Positions 51,621 through 64,000 of a stretch of 64,000 nucleotides of DNA are shown piece after piece. Positions within the stretch are counted from its first letter, which is position 1, and the number at the start of each line of letters is the position of its first letter. The stretch comes from Piromyces finnis finn (taxonomy: Eukaryota > Fungi > Neocallimastigomycota), in NCBI GenBank assembly GCA_002104945.1, contig MCFH01000097.1, positions 31,046 to 95,045 on the forward strand, read 5' to 3'. The translations under genes were made by a program, and so were the position numbers. The notes under the pieces are model-generated. The model worked only from the letters and a program-made list of their open reading frames with translations, did not search any database and was not told the DNA's origin.

Positions 51621-52035
51621 TTACTTTAATCAAAGAATCAAAAGATTGTTTGATTTGATCGAAACAGATCGAAGCAATTAATAACAATTATTAACCATTT
51701 ATGAGAATCTATAATTAGAATTATCAATTATTTATTCTATAACTTAATAAGAATAAGCTTTAAACAATACTTTTTAAATAAATAATAAATATTTTCACTT
51801 TTCAATTAATATATTAGTATATATTGAAATAGTATATTTTTGTGACTTGCGTTATATTTTATCTGGCAAGCTTATGATAAAAGTAATTTTAATCTTATTT
51901 TAAGTTCATCAAATATCTATTTAATTTTAAGAGTCCACTTAATGATTAACATTAACTTTTAACTCCAATAATTTTTAATTTTTAAACTTTTTTTTTCTGT
52001 TCTTTTCTTTTTTGTTATAGTTTAAAACATATTAC

Positions 52036-52067
<32 letters not shown>

Positions 52068-52149
52068 TAAAAATAAATGACATTTATTTTAATCAATATA
52101 AAATAATATAAAAATATTCAGCAATTTTTGTAAAAAAAAATTCATTATT

Positions 52150-52223
52150 CACTCACGGCGGGACTCGAACCCGCAATCTTCAGATTAGAAGTCTGACGCC
52201 CTATCCAATTAGGCTACGCGAGC
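52150..52223 (-). tRNA. tRNA-Arg(TCT)
   Basis: Same sequence as 45625-45698. Confidence 0.95.
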
Positions 52224-52289
52224 TTTTATTAATTTAAAAAGGCGTTGATATAATTTTATAATAATCTTAATTTTGAATTTTACTTCAAA

Positions 52290-53288
52290 TGTGAAGATAT
52301 TAACTGGATTTAAAACAAATTCAGATAATATCTATAATTAATTAAACATAATAATTAGAATTAAATGATCCCAATAATTATTTTAAAACACCTTTAAAAG
52401 TCACCTTTTAAATTTTGGTTCAGTGAAAGGGTTATGATTTCAAAAAATTTAATATCAATACACTATAACCCTTAGCCAAAAATAAACAAATACGAAACTA
52501 CGCATAACTCGCCAAAAACTATCGCTACGGCTGTAAGTGCTACGGTTGTGAAACCAGGTTTATTAGAAAGCTTAAGGGAAAAGCTATATTTTGGTATAAT
52601 CGCGGTCCTTCTAACTGGTCATTTAAGGAAGATATGATCATTTGAAGATTTTAATAAGTAAATTAAAATTAATATGATATCAAGTATGGATCATAGACAT
52701 TTCTTATGACTTGACGAAAATTAAAAAGATATCAATAGAAATTCTAATTATATTAATTTAATTAATGATAGTGACTGTTACTAAAAATAGAACTAAACCA
52801 TTTAGGTGTAACAGTTAACATTTATAAATTAAATAATTTTAATTATTATAAAATAGGTTAATAGATCAAGTGTTTAAATGATTAATCATATGTTTATTTT
52901 ATTTTATGTCATGACAAAACAAACAAACAAACAAACAAACAAACAATCTTATTATATTATTAACATATTACATGTAATACTTTATTTTTATCAATTTAAT
53001 AATCTGAACAAAGAATATAAAATAGAATGAATTGAATTTGATTTTAATTCTTTGTAAAGATTATAGTTATAATCTTAATTATATAGTTATTAATATATTA
53101 TCATTTATATTATTATTAATAAATAAATAAAATTTTATAAAAAAAGTTATTCTAAAGAATAAATATTAATTTTTCATTTGGAAGTTTAAAGGGTTATTTT
53201 ATATTTAAATTTAATTTCTTAAAAACATATTTACTATATAATGATAACATTCTGACCTGGCCGCATAACCAAATCCAAAAACTTAACA
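52290..53288. mobile_element. LTR family E, TSD TCAAA, with an internal F-family insertion (~52424-52917)
   Basis: TCAAA at 52285-52289 and 53289-53293. Confidence 0.78.
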
Positions 53289-53294
53289 TCAAAA

Positions 53295-54146
53295 TGTCAT
53301 GAATCTAAGTGGGTTTAGATAATCCCATAGATGTGAAACACTTAACCCTTGAATGAAGTTTGAATTACGAAACCCAAGAAAATTACTGGAAAAATCAAAT
53401 TACTTTGATGATATTATGAACATTAGAAAGCTAAAGGCCTAAGCTATCTTTTGGTACATTTAAATCATCAATATTCCAAAAAGTTGAGATACTTATGACC
53501 AATTAAAGGGAATTCAGTATAAATTAAATATTAAAAATTTCACACTTAAAATTAATAAAAATTTTTCTAAACTTTTAGATATTGGTTTAAGTATTACTAT
53601 TAATAATAAATTTAATTATTAATTACTAAATTAGTAATCAGATGATAAAAGTTGTGAGAAGTTATTTAAACTCATGACTTAAAATAATAATATATTATAT
53701 TAATAATTATTATTACTCGTAACAGTTTATAAAAATCATAGTTACAAAAATTAATTAATTAATATTAATAAAATAGCCATGTGGATTAATGATTAATTAT
53801 GTAAAAATTGTAACTTTGTGAAATTAGTATAAATAGAGTAGTTTAGTTAAATGTTGATCAGTAGTAAGATTATTAATTTTAATTAGATAAATTAATAATA
53901 GTAAAGATTAATAAATTACATTAGATTTCCCTTGTAACTAATTTTATAAATAAAAGTTGATTTAAACTTAATTTTAATTTAATGAAATTTGAAATTAAAG
54001 TGTTATTTTAGTTAATAAAGCCATTGCATATAATTTAATCCAATAACCGGATAATTAAGAAAATTAATTTCTATTATTATTAGTTTATAACCATTCCCGA
54101 CCTAGTTAATTAATCCAAACCTAACCCGAATCTGCGTGATTTAACA
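53295..54146 (+). mobile_element. LTR family G, TSD CAAAA
   Basis: TGTCATGAAT...GATTTAACA; CAAAA at 53290-53294 and 54147-54151. Confidence 0.78.
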
Positions 54147-55027
54147 CAAAAAGTGATTATTATATTATATCTTTAGATATAACTGTATAAGTTATATTTA
54201 TAAAATAATGTTTTATAAAAATTAATAAAATTGTTTTGTTACAGCACTAAATTGTTTTATTAGAAACACTCGTTTTCTAATATTTAAATATTTAAAATTT
54301 TATTTATTAAGTTATTAAAATGATTATTAAATTATAGAAATACTAACTAAACTATATAATATTTTCTTTATTATTAATACTAATAATGATTAAAATAAGA
54401 ATATTTACATGTATTTATATTTTATTTTAAATTTAAACTATTTACATTAAAATAAATAATAAAATTAATAACTATTTACAATAAAAGCAATTACCAATAA
54501 CAATAAAAGAAATAATTAAAAGTTAAAGAATATAAAAAGTTGTTTATTTTACAATTAATTAAAGTAATAATTATTTTTAATGTTTTAATAAAGGTGTTTA
54601 ATTATATTATTTATAATATGAATTATTATATTTGTTTACTTTTAAAGTGTAATTTATTAAAGAAGTTATTAAGTATTTAATTTATCAATTAATTTAACAA
54701 AAGTTATATATTTTGATCTCGATTAATTAAAATTTATTATTTTTTCTTTCAATAATCAAAATATATGCAGTGTTAAGGATTAATTTTATTTTAAAATTCT
54801 GGTAAAAGTAATTAATTAAACTATAACTTATTTTAAGTTACTTTTAAGGTTAACTTAAAAATCAGGTTAATAATAATTTTATATTTATTAAATTCATTAT
54901 TTATCATATTGATACGATATGAATAAAATATCATAATATTATTATTTATTCTAAGGTTGTGATAATAAGGAAGTATGCTGAAATAATATATTCCAGTTAT
55001 TAATAATTATGGGATATGTTTACTAAC

Positions 55028-55401
<374 letters not shown>

Positions 55402-55827
55402 ATATAAACAAAAGAAACATTTCATTATTATTAAATATTTATCTTTATTTATTAAAATATATTATACTTAGTATTTATACATTTATTTATTAATAATACA
55501 TATTTAAATAATTATCTTTCTTATACAAATAAACTATTCATTCACTAATAATATTACTAACTAAACTATTACTAAAATCTTCTCACTTATTATTTTATTA
55601 TATCTTATTATCTTTGGAACTTAATTATAAAATCAAGAACATTATTTTAAATTATTTAATTATTAATTATTTATATTAGTACATATTAAATATTTTTTTA
55701 TTAATTAATTTTATATTAATTTTATTATTAATTAAAAGTATTAATTTATTATTATCTTGACCCTTATGTGAATTGACCTAGAGTTTATGCCAAAAGTAGT
55801 ATTTTCCTTTCGTCACGTATCAATATT

Positions 55828-56630
55828 TGATATAATTTGATAATAATCTTAATTTTGAATTTTACTTCAAAAAGTGATTATTATATTATATCTTTGAGTA
55901 TAACTATATAAGTTATATGGATTAGAATTTAAAATTGTTTTTATAAAAATTAATAAAATTGTTTTATTAAGACACTAAATTGTTTTATTAGAAACACTCG
56001 TTTTCTAATATTTAAATATTTAAAATTTTATTTATTTAAGTATAAAAGTGATTATTAAAATTAAAAAAATATTAACTAAACTATATAATATTCTTTATTA
56101 ATAATAATAATAATGATTAAAATAAGGATATTTACATGTATTTATATTTTCTTTTAAATTTAAACTATTTACATTAAAACAATAAAATTAATAACTATTT
56201 ACAATAAAAGTAATAAAAGTAATTAGAAATAACAATAAAAGAAATAATTAAAAGTTAAAGAATATAAAAAGTTGTTAATTTTACAATTAATTAAAGTAAT
56301 AATTATTTTTAATGTTTTAATAAAGGTGTTTAATTATATTATTTTATAACATGAATTATATATTTGTTTACTTTTAAAGTGTAATTTACTAACGAAGTTA
56401 TTAAACATTTAATTTAACAATTAATTTAACAAAAGTTATATATTTTGATCTCGATTAATTAAAGTTTATTAATTTCTTTCAATAATCAAAATATATGCAG
56501 TGTTTAGGATTAATTTTATTTAAGAATTTTGGTAAAGTACTTAATTAAACTATAACTTATTTTAAGTTACTTTTAGGGTTAACTTAAGGTTTAATAATAA
56601 TTTTATATTTATTAATTTCATTATTTATCA
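55828..56630 (-). mobile_element. Solo LTR-2, TSD TATT, 14 nt upstream of tRNA-Gly
   Basis: Near-identical to 29127-29938; TATT at 55824-55827 and 56631-56634. Confidence 0.93.
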
Positions 56631-56644
56631 TATTAACATATGAG

Positions 56645-56715
56645 GCGTTAATAGTATAGAGGTAGAATATTTGCCTTCCAAGCAAATGGCCCGGGTTCGA
56701 TTCCCGGTTAACGCA
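56645..56715 (+). tRNA. tRNA-Gly(TCC)
   Basis: Identical to 31383-31453 including flanks. Confidence 0.96.
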
Positions 56716-56799
56716 TAAATATTTTTTAAAAAATTCAAATTCCTATTGGATAGTTTTTTTTTTTTTTTTTTTGTAAATCATAATTAATTTTGCATAATA

Positions 56800-57180
56800 G
56801 ACTCACCTCCAATTCTCCTTAAGGATAATATTTCAAAACTTTCTAGTGACTGGGATTCTCATTTTGATGGTTTAAAAGCCCACTTAGTCAAAGCTAAAGA
56901 AGATTTCAAGAAATTCGGTAATCCAAAAAAATCTACTGGTTCTGACTTTAAAGTGAATGACATGGTTTAACTAAAGAGATACTATTTTTCCAATGAACCT
57001 TCTAAAAAATTATCTTCACAATATTTAGGGCTATTTAAAATCATTGAGAAGAGGGAAAGAATGAATAACCACCTGGAGTTGCCAGAAAACTTACACCTTC
57101 AACCTATATTTCATATCTCACAATTAGAACCATGTGTAAAAAGGAATCCTGAACTTAAAGAATCATTTGAAGAGGAGCAA
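56800..57180 (+). pseudogene. E4-family integrase C-terminal fragment (duplicate of 31537-31917)
   Basis: Same sequence by eye. Confidence 0.85.
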
Positions 57181-58273
57181 TGTAAGAATTAATATTAAAT
57201 TACTTAATATTCATTCTTAGTTATATTATGTAATTAAACATTATATAAAAATTTATTGAATTTATTTAATATATATTTATTTATTCATTAATATAATATA
57301 GTAAGTTTACTTAATGCATTAACTACTTATTCATTTAATTACATTATAAATATTTATTTAAAAATATATTTATTCATTCATTTAAATAATATAGTAAATT
57401 TATTTAATACATTGGTTTTACGTATATTTAGTTTAATTAATAGTATTTATTTAGAGATTAATAATCCATTTCCATTTATTTATTTATTAGTAAAATTATT
57501 ATACAAAAATTTCACAAATTATAAATTATGTAACATTTTATTTTATTTTATTTTATTTTATTTTATTATATTTTATTTTATTTTATTTTATTTTATTTTA
57601 TTTTATTTATTTTATTTTATTTTATTTTATTTTATTTTATTTTATTTTATTTTATTTTATTTATTTTATTTATTTTATTTTATTTTATTTTATTTTATTT
57701 TATTTTATTTTATTTATTTTATTTTATTTATTTTATTTTATTTTATTTTATTTTATTTTATTTTATTTTATTTTATTTTATTTTATTTTATTTTATTTAT
57801 TTTATTTAATAAATTAGAAATATCAGATATTAAGGTTTTTCCTTTATTAAGTTTTACTTAATATTACGATGATTGGTATGTCTAAGATATCAATCGAATT
57901 TCTTTTTAGGTTTTTCTTCTAATCTTTTCCTAAAAAGATTTTTTGTTAAGATTAGAAATTATTCATTTAACTTTAAATTTTAATAAAATTATAAATAAGA
58001 GAACTCTTGGATTCCATTAAAGAATCCAGAGTTATTATTATAAGACAATTATAGTAAATAGCTTTTTTCAAAAAGCTATATTAATAAAAATATTTAAACT
58101 AAAATATCTTTAAAATTTTGTGTTGTTTATTATAGCTCACTTATAATAAACTCTTTAAGATAAGTATTTATTTCTTTATTTTCTTTTAAGAAACTTCTCA
58201 ATTTAATAATACATATTATATCATTATATTGTAGATAATAATTATTATTAAATATATAGTAATAATTATTACA
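57181..58273 (+). mobile_element. LTR family C with (TTTTA)n expansion
   Basis: TGTAAGAATT...ATTATTACA; the right half is the reverse complement of 30535-31000-type sequence. Confidence 0.8.
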
Positions 58274-58808
58274 TCTTGATACGCTACTCGCACAAAAATA
58301 TAATAAAAACTAACCGAATAAACACGACTAACCCATAGTGACTTTTAATAAAAATAAGTAACAATAACCCTTTAAAATAAATGAATAATAACTATATAAA
58401 AATATAACCCTTTTAAATAAATAATATTCTCTTTATTAAATAAATAATAATAAATTCTGAATAAAATGACTTAATAGAAATAAATATAAATAAATTATTA
58501 AATAAAACAACTTAATTAAATAGTGTATTAGTATATTAAAATAATAAAATAATAAATAAAAATGAATGAATAAATTCAAATAAAATGGTGTATATCAAAT
58601 ATTAATTCTAGTGTTTATCCAAATGTCCCTTAAAAATTCTTTTAAAATTATATTTAAAAACTAATAATTAAATAATTGAGTAATTATTACTAAAAGTGAC
58701 AAACTTAAACCTGGAAATAGAACAATAATAGTAATTTTAAGGATAAAATACAGAATTCTTTTATGTTTTTGGTTTTTGTATAAAATGAGTGCTTATAATA
58801 ATTGATAC

Positions 58809-59062
58809 TTTTATTTTAGTTTCATTTTAATTTTATTTTAGTTTCATTTTAATTTTATTTTAGTTTCATTTTAATTTTATTTTAGTTTCATTTAATTTAT
58901 TTTAGTTTCATTTTAATTTTATTTTAGTTTCATTTTAATTTTATTTTAGTTTCATTTTAATTTTATTTTAGTTTCATTTTAATTTTATTTTAGTTTCATT
59001 TTAATTTTATTTTAGTTTCATTTTAATTTTATTTTAGTTTCATTTTAATTTCATTTTAGTTT
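58809..59062. repeat. 22-bp tandem repeat (TTTTATTTTAGTTTCATTTTAA)n, ~11 copies
   Basis: Direct reading. Confidence 0.9.
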
Positions 59063-59344
59063 AATATTCTTTTAATTTTAAATTTTAATTATTTTATTTA
59101 AGGTATTATACATTTAATGATAGTTAATGATAATTAATAATAACTTTTTTTTAAGTTTAAACATTCTGAAGTAAAAGAGGATCAAATAAGTAATATTTTA
59201 TAATACTAAAGTATAATTTAATTTATTCTTTAATTTTAACAAATAATAACAATAGTAATTAGTAATAGTAAATAGTTAAATAATAATAAATGTAATAAAT
59301 GTAATAAATGAAAAATGCATAAAGGGAGGATAAATTTCTCCTTT

Positions 59345-59370
59345 AAAAGGGGGGGACAATGAATAAACAA
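59345..59370 (+). promoter_or_regulatory. PPT plus possible LTR start of a decayed element
   Basis: AAAAGGGGGGGACAA then TG, resembling other PPT-LTR junctions in the window. Confidence 0.35.
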
Positions 59371-59908
59371 TAAAAATAATAAAAATATAATAAAGAGATA
59401 ATTTAAAAGCATAATTGATAAATTTATTTTTTAAGTTTTAAAGAGATTTATTTGTTAATTATAAAACGCACTTTTATTTTAAATTTACTGTTCCATCTAA
59501 ATCCTAGAATTTATTATTTATTAAAAATATTATATTATATTATTTAAAAATATATTGGACTAAAGTAAAATAACAATATATTTTGTAGTGTAAAGTGAAT
59601 GATGTATAGTCCATCCTAGTATAAATCCTATGCATAACTAATAAATTTACTTTATTTTATATTTATCTACCTTATTTATTGATATTCCACTATTCCAACA
59701 ATTTATTTATGAACCTCAACAATTTATAATACTAAGTGGATATTATTTTAATTCTATAAATAAATATATAATGTGATTGTTAAGAATAGAAGATAATTAA
59801 TAATAAATTAAATATTCAAATAAATAATTTAAAAACCAATTTTATATTTTAAAAATTATAAAATACTCTTAAAAATAATTAAAAGGTCACTTTGGAAAAA
59901 TTTAATAT

Positions 59909-60667
59909 TGGAAAGGGTTAAGAATCACAAGGATTCGATTTTCAATAAATTAACCCTTATGCAAAATATACAATATATGAAAACAATAATAACTTCCGAA
60001 TATTGCGTCCTATTTCCGTTTTCTAGGGACGTCAAATTAGTTTTGTTAGAAAGTACTAGTTAAAACTTATATACTCACAAATATTCACAAAAATTCTCCA
60101 TTATTATTAAATAAGGTTAGATAATAATTACTCTTAATTTCAAATCTAATCAATCAATTATAAAAATTAATTAGTATTTATTTTAAATAATTTCTGGCTA
60201 ATAACCTCAATAATCAAAATCAAATAAAATCAAAAATCATTATGGTCAAAAGTAATTAATAATAATTATTAATTAATTAATCATCATAAAAATATATAAT
60301 TTGTATCATTAATTTCTATTCTCGATTGAGAATACTAAATATTTACAATTTAATATGGTTAAAACAATACTTTTTATTTAAAAGTAATTTTAAAGATTAA
60401 TCTTAAGAGCTATCATATGAATTCATATCAATATCAATTATTAATATTATTTTAATAATCAAATCATTAATAAATGAAATTTATAAATAATCATATTAAA
60501 TAAAAAGGTTTTAATTATAAAATCATTTAATTATAAATTCGTATTATTATTATTATTTAAATTCTTTAATCGTTTTAAAGAAGAAGTTTAATAATAAATA
60601 AATTTAATATTTTAATTATTGAATTAAGTTATAAGTTATAATAAAGAAACGCTCTGACCAAGTTACA
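59909..60667 (-). mobile_element. F-related LTR with adjacent PPT
   Basis: TGGAAAGGGTTA start resembles 52424; minus strand GGGAGAGATA then TGTAAC at 60667. Confidence 0.5.
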
Positions 60668-60694
60668 TATCTCTCCCAAGCCCTCCCACTTTAC

Positions 60695-61200
60695 AGTGAT
60701 AATATCTATATCTAAAATTTAATAAATAAATTATTAAAAATAAATAAACTTTTTCATTTACCAAGTCTTTGTTAGTTTTTTTTAAAATATAATTTTATTT
60801 TATTCAAGTATAAAATTTTAATATTTAATAACTCTTGCATTATTAAATATTTATATACTATTAATTGATACACCTTGTATGTATGTAAAATATAATTATA
60901 AATATTATTAACATAAATTTATATCCAATTTTACTGGATTATTAGGAACATTTTTTTAAATAAACTAATTCTATCACTATTATACATTTATACTATTTTA
61001 GAGTGTTATATTAATATTTTAAAATAGATAATTAATAAACAAATGAAAAAAAAATAATTCTTGTTTACATTTATAATTTTAAAACTAATGATTTATATAT
61101 AAATATTTTAATACTAATTTAATTACTTTTAATCTGTGTTTAAAATAATTTCATTATAATAATATATTTAATTTATAAATTTAATTATTTATTATTTGTG
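60695..61200 (-). mobile_element. LTR family D, partial
   Basis: AGTGATAATATCT...; homologous to ~42010-42490. Confidence 0.6.
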
Positions 61201-61956
61201 AACATGTAACAAACAGAAAATACTATATTTAGTATAAATTCCAGGTCATGTCACGAATACTAGTTGAAGTTGTGAAATTACTTTTGAAATATTAAAAAAA
61301 TTAATATTTATCAAATTTTAAAAAATACAAAACAATATTGGTAAATATTAAAATTAAAGTAATACGATCTTAACACTCTATAAAGGTTATTATAAACACC
61401 TTTAGCCCTTAAGACCATAATTTAATAACAAAAATCATTCATAGCTCGACAACGAATGTTGGTTTTTTGATGAAATTATCTTTGATGAAACCACGTTCAT
61501 TAGAAAGCCACGAGCATGATATCTTCCTGGTTTGCGAGATACCGTGTTTAACAATTTTTATGCACAAATGATTATTGATAATTCAGAGAATGATCACTTC
61601 TGATGTATCACTCATAAATCATTCTGTAAAACTAAATTATCTTTCCAATTTAATCCTCGGGAAATAATAACTTCATTTTATAATAATTATTTCAATAAAA
61701 TATAAAATATTTCATAATCTTTGAATTAAAAAATTATACTATTTTTAACTATAAATAATTATTTATATAATAGTTAGTATTATTAATATTATTAATATCT
61801 AGTTAACAAATTATATTTTATTTTTATGTTTAGTTTAGTATTATTAAATATGTTATGAAAACAAATTATGTATCGAAAGTTATTTTATTATTAAATTAAA
61901 TTTTACAAAGAATATAAATAGTTTAGTTAAATTCATAAAATTAATTCTTTATAAAG

Positions 61957-61987
<31 letters not shown>

Positions 61988-62038
61988 TATTATTATTATT
62001 ATTATTATTACTATTATTATTATTATTATTATTATTAC

Positions 62039-62113
<75 letters not shown>

Positions 62114-62114
<1 letters not shown>

Positions 62115-62754
62115 GGTCATAATGCTCTAACCCTACTTATTAATAACATTATTTTAAACACAAATAAATAATTAAATTAGTACTAAAGTATTTATATAAA
62201 TTATTAATTTTAAAATTATAAATGTAAACAAGAAACTACTTATTTATTTATTAATTAATTAAATAGCTAATTAATTGTTTATTAATATAATACTTTAAAA
62301 TACTATAAATGTATAAATAGTGTTAGAATTACTTTATTTTAAAAATTGTTCCTAATAATCCGTCAAAATTAGATATATTATATTAAATTTATTAAATGGT
62401 TCCTAATAATCCAGTAAAATAGATATATAATTTATATAAAATAATATTTGTAATTATAATAATACACATACGAGATGTATTGAATAATAATAATATATAT
62501 ATATTTAATAATACAAGAGTTATTAAATATTAAAACTTTATAATTAAATAAAATAAATTTATATTTTTAACTAACAAGGACTTGCAAATGAACAAATAAA
62601 ATAAATTTATATTTTAAATTAACAAAGATTTTCAAATGAACAAGTATAAAAATCATTTATTATTTTTTTTTTTATTTCTATTTATTAAATTTTAGATACA
62701 GATTGTCACTTTCTATATTCATTTATAGAATTAAGGTAATATCATACCATAACA
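62114..62754 (+). mobile_element. LTR family D ending 24 nt upstream of tRNA-Trp
   Basis: Ends TAGAATTAAGGTAATATCATACCATAACA; preceded by (ATT)n at 61958-62113. Confidence 0.7.
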
Positions 62755-62778
62755 AAATTAATAGAAGTCAATGAAGTG

Positions 62779-62850
62779 GGAGGGTTGGCGCAACGGTAGC
62801 GCGTCCGCCTCCAGAGCGGAAGGTTGGGTGTTCGAATCACTCACTCTCCA
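62779..62850 (+). tRNA. tRNA-Trp(CCA)
   Basis: Identical to 43441-43512; flanks differ. Confidence 0.95.
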
Positions 62851-62887
62851 TTTTAATAAAAAATATAAATATACCACTTTTTATTTA

Positions 62888-63087
62888 TTATATTTATATT
62901 TATATTTATATTTATATTTATATTATATTATATTTATATTTATATTTATATTTATATTTATATTTATATTTATATTTATATTTATATTATTTATATTTAT
63001 ATTTATATTTATATTTATATTTATATTTATATTTATATTTATATTTTATATTTAATATTTATATTTATATTTATATTTATATTTATA
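62888..63087. repeat. (ATATTT)n hexanucleotide repeat
   Basis: Direct reading. Confidence 0.9.
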
Positions 63088-63644
63088 AATTTTTACTAAA
63101 ATCAAAATATATAATATAAGAAATGTTATATGATCCTGCTAATCATGAATTCTGAAAGTATTTTTAAAAACAAATTTAATTAAATATTATCGAATTGATT
63201 AATTAATGTCCATTTATCATTATTAGATTAAAACAATATATATCATTAATCTCACCAGTTTAACAATTTTAATTATGAAATATTAGTATTTTTTATGACT
63301 ATGTATTTAAATAAAGGTTTATTCCTTTAATTCACTAGAAATGCTTTTATATATATAAATATTTATAAAGCAATTTAAGTGATAGTTTTATATTAGTCAT
63401 AAATATTTAATAATAATTACGATTAGAAAGAACCGCACATTCGCTCATTTATTTGATTTGTCTTAGAAGAAATTAAGAATAATATTGTAAACTATTTTCT
63501 CCTAAATAATTTAAGTATAATCCCAAGAATATTAAAGGATAATATTGTAAATTATCTTTTCCTTAAATAATTTAAATAAAATTCCAAGAAATGTTAAAAG
63601 AAATTCACAAATATAAAGTGTTATAAAAAATCATATATATTCAA

Positions 63645-64000
63645 TATATTAAATTAATAGCAGAGCTTATATTTTAATATGGTAATTATTGTATTATATA
63701 TAATTAAATTAATAGCAGAGCTTATAAAATGAATTATTGTATTATATATTAAATTAATAGCAGAGCTTATATTTAATATGGTAATTATTGTATTATATAT
63801 TAAATTAATAGCAGAGCTTATATTTTAATATGGTAATTATTGTATTATATTAAATTAATAGCAGAGCTTATATTTTAATATGGTAATTATTGTATTATAT
63901 ATTAAATTAATAGCAGAGCTTATATTTTAATATGGTAATTATTGTATTAATATATTAAATTAATAGCAGAGCTTTATATTTTAATATGGTAATTATTGTA
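63645..64000. repeat. ~45-50-bp tandem repeat running off the window
   Basis: TAAATTAATAGCAGAGCTTATATTTTAATATGGTAATTATTGTATTATA, about 8 copies. Confidence 0.92.

Larger units (their letters stand above)
52246..54906 (-). mobile_element. LTR-2 copy 22 nt upstream of tRNA-Arg, split by E and G insertions
   Basis: 52246-52289 and 54147-54906 together reconstruct an E2-type LTR; flanks GCGT/TATT do not match. Confidence 0.85.

Noticed and set aside
60677-60693. Minus-strand AAGTGGGAGGG resembling the 5' flank and start of tRNA-Trp 62779
   Set aside because: Only an 11-nt purine-rich match, better explained as part of a PPT next to the LTR ending at 60667.

Overview
Extremely AT-rich eukaryotic DNA; an anaerobic gut fungus (Neocallimastigomycota) is a plausible source, but that is inference from composition and element types only. 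The window is almost entirely a nest of Ty3/gypsy LTR retrotransposons built around 10 intronless tRNA genes: Gly(TCC) x2, iMet, Val(TAC), Trp(CCA) x2, Arg(TCT) x2, Glu(TTC) and elongator Met. Four large elements are present. E1 (2192-9880, minus) and E2 (13985-29938, minus) are tRNA-primed, make 4-bp TSDs and have separate gag and pol joined by a -1 slippery site plus hairpin. E3 (19495-26383, plus) is a chromodomain-bearing, self-priming Tf1-like element with a 5-bp TSD, nested inside E2 gag. E4 (36161-41713, minus) is a self-priming element without a chromodomain and with a truncated 5' LTR. About 20 solo or partial LTRs from several families (my labels A-H), microsatellites and tandem repeats fill the rest. 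The main hidden structure is that different LTR families sit at family-specific distances upstream of tRNA genes, regardless of target sequence: family C/E4 at exactly 17 nt (3 of 3 tRNA-adjacent copies), the 4-bp-TSD LTR-2/D group at 13-24 nt, and families E/G/H at 62-68 nt. This looks like several retrotransposon lineages partitioning the upstream region of Pol III genes. One LTR family (A) also carries its own tRNA-like A-box/B-box cassette. All coordinates and counts were made by eye and may be off by a few nt for degenerate features.
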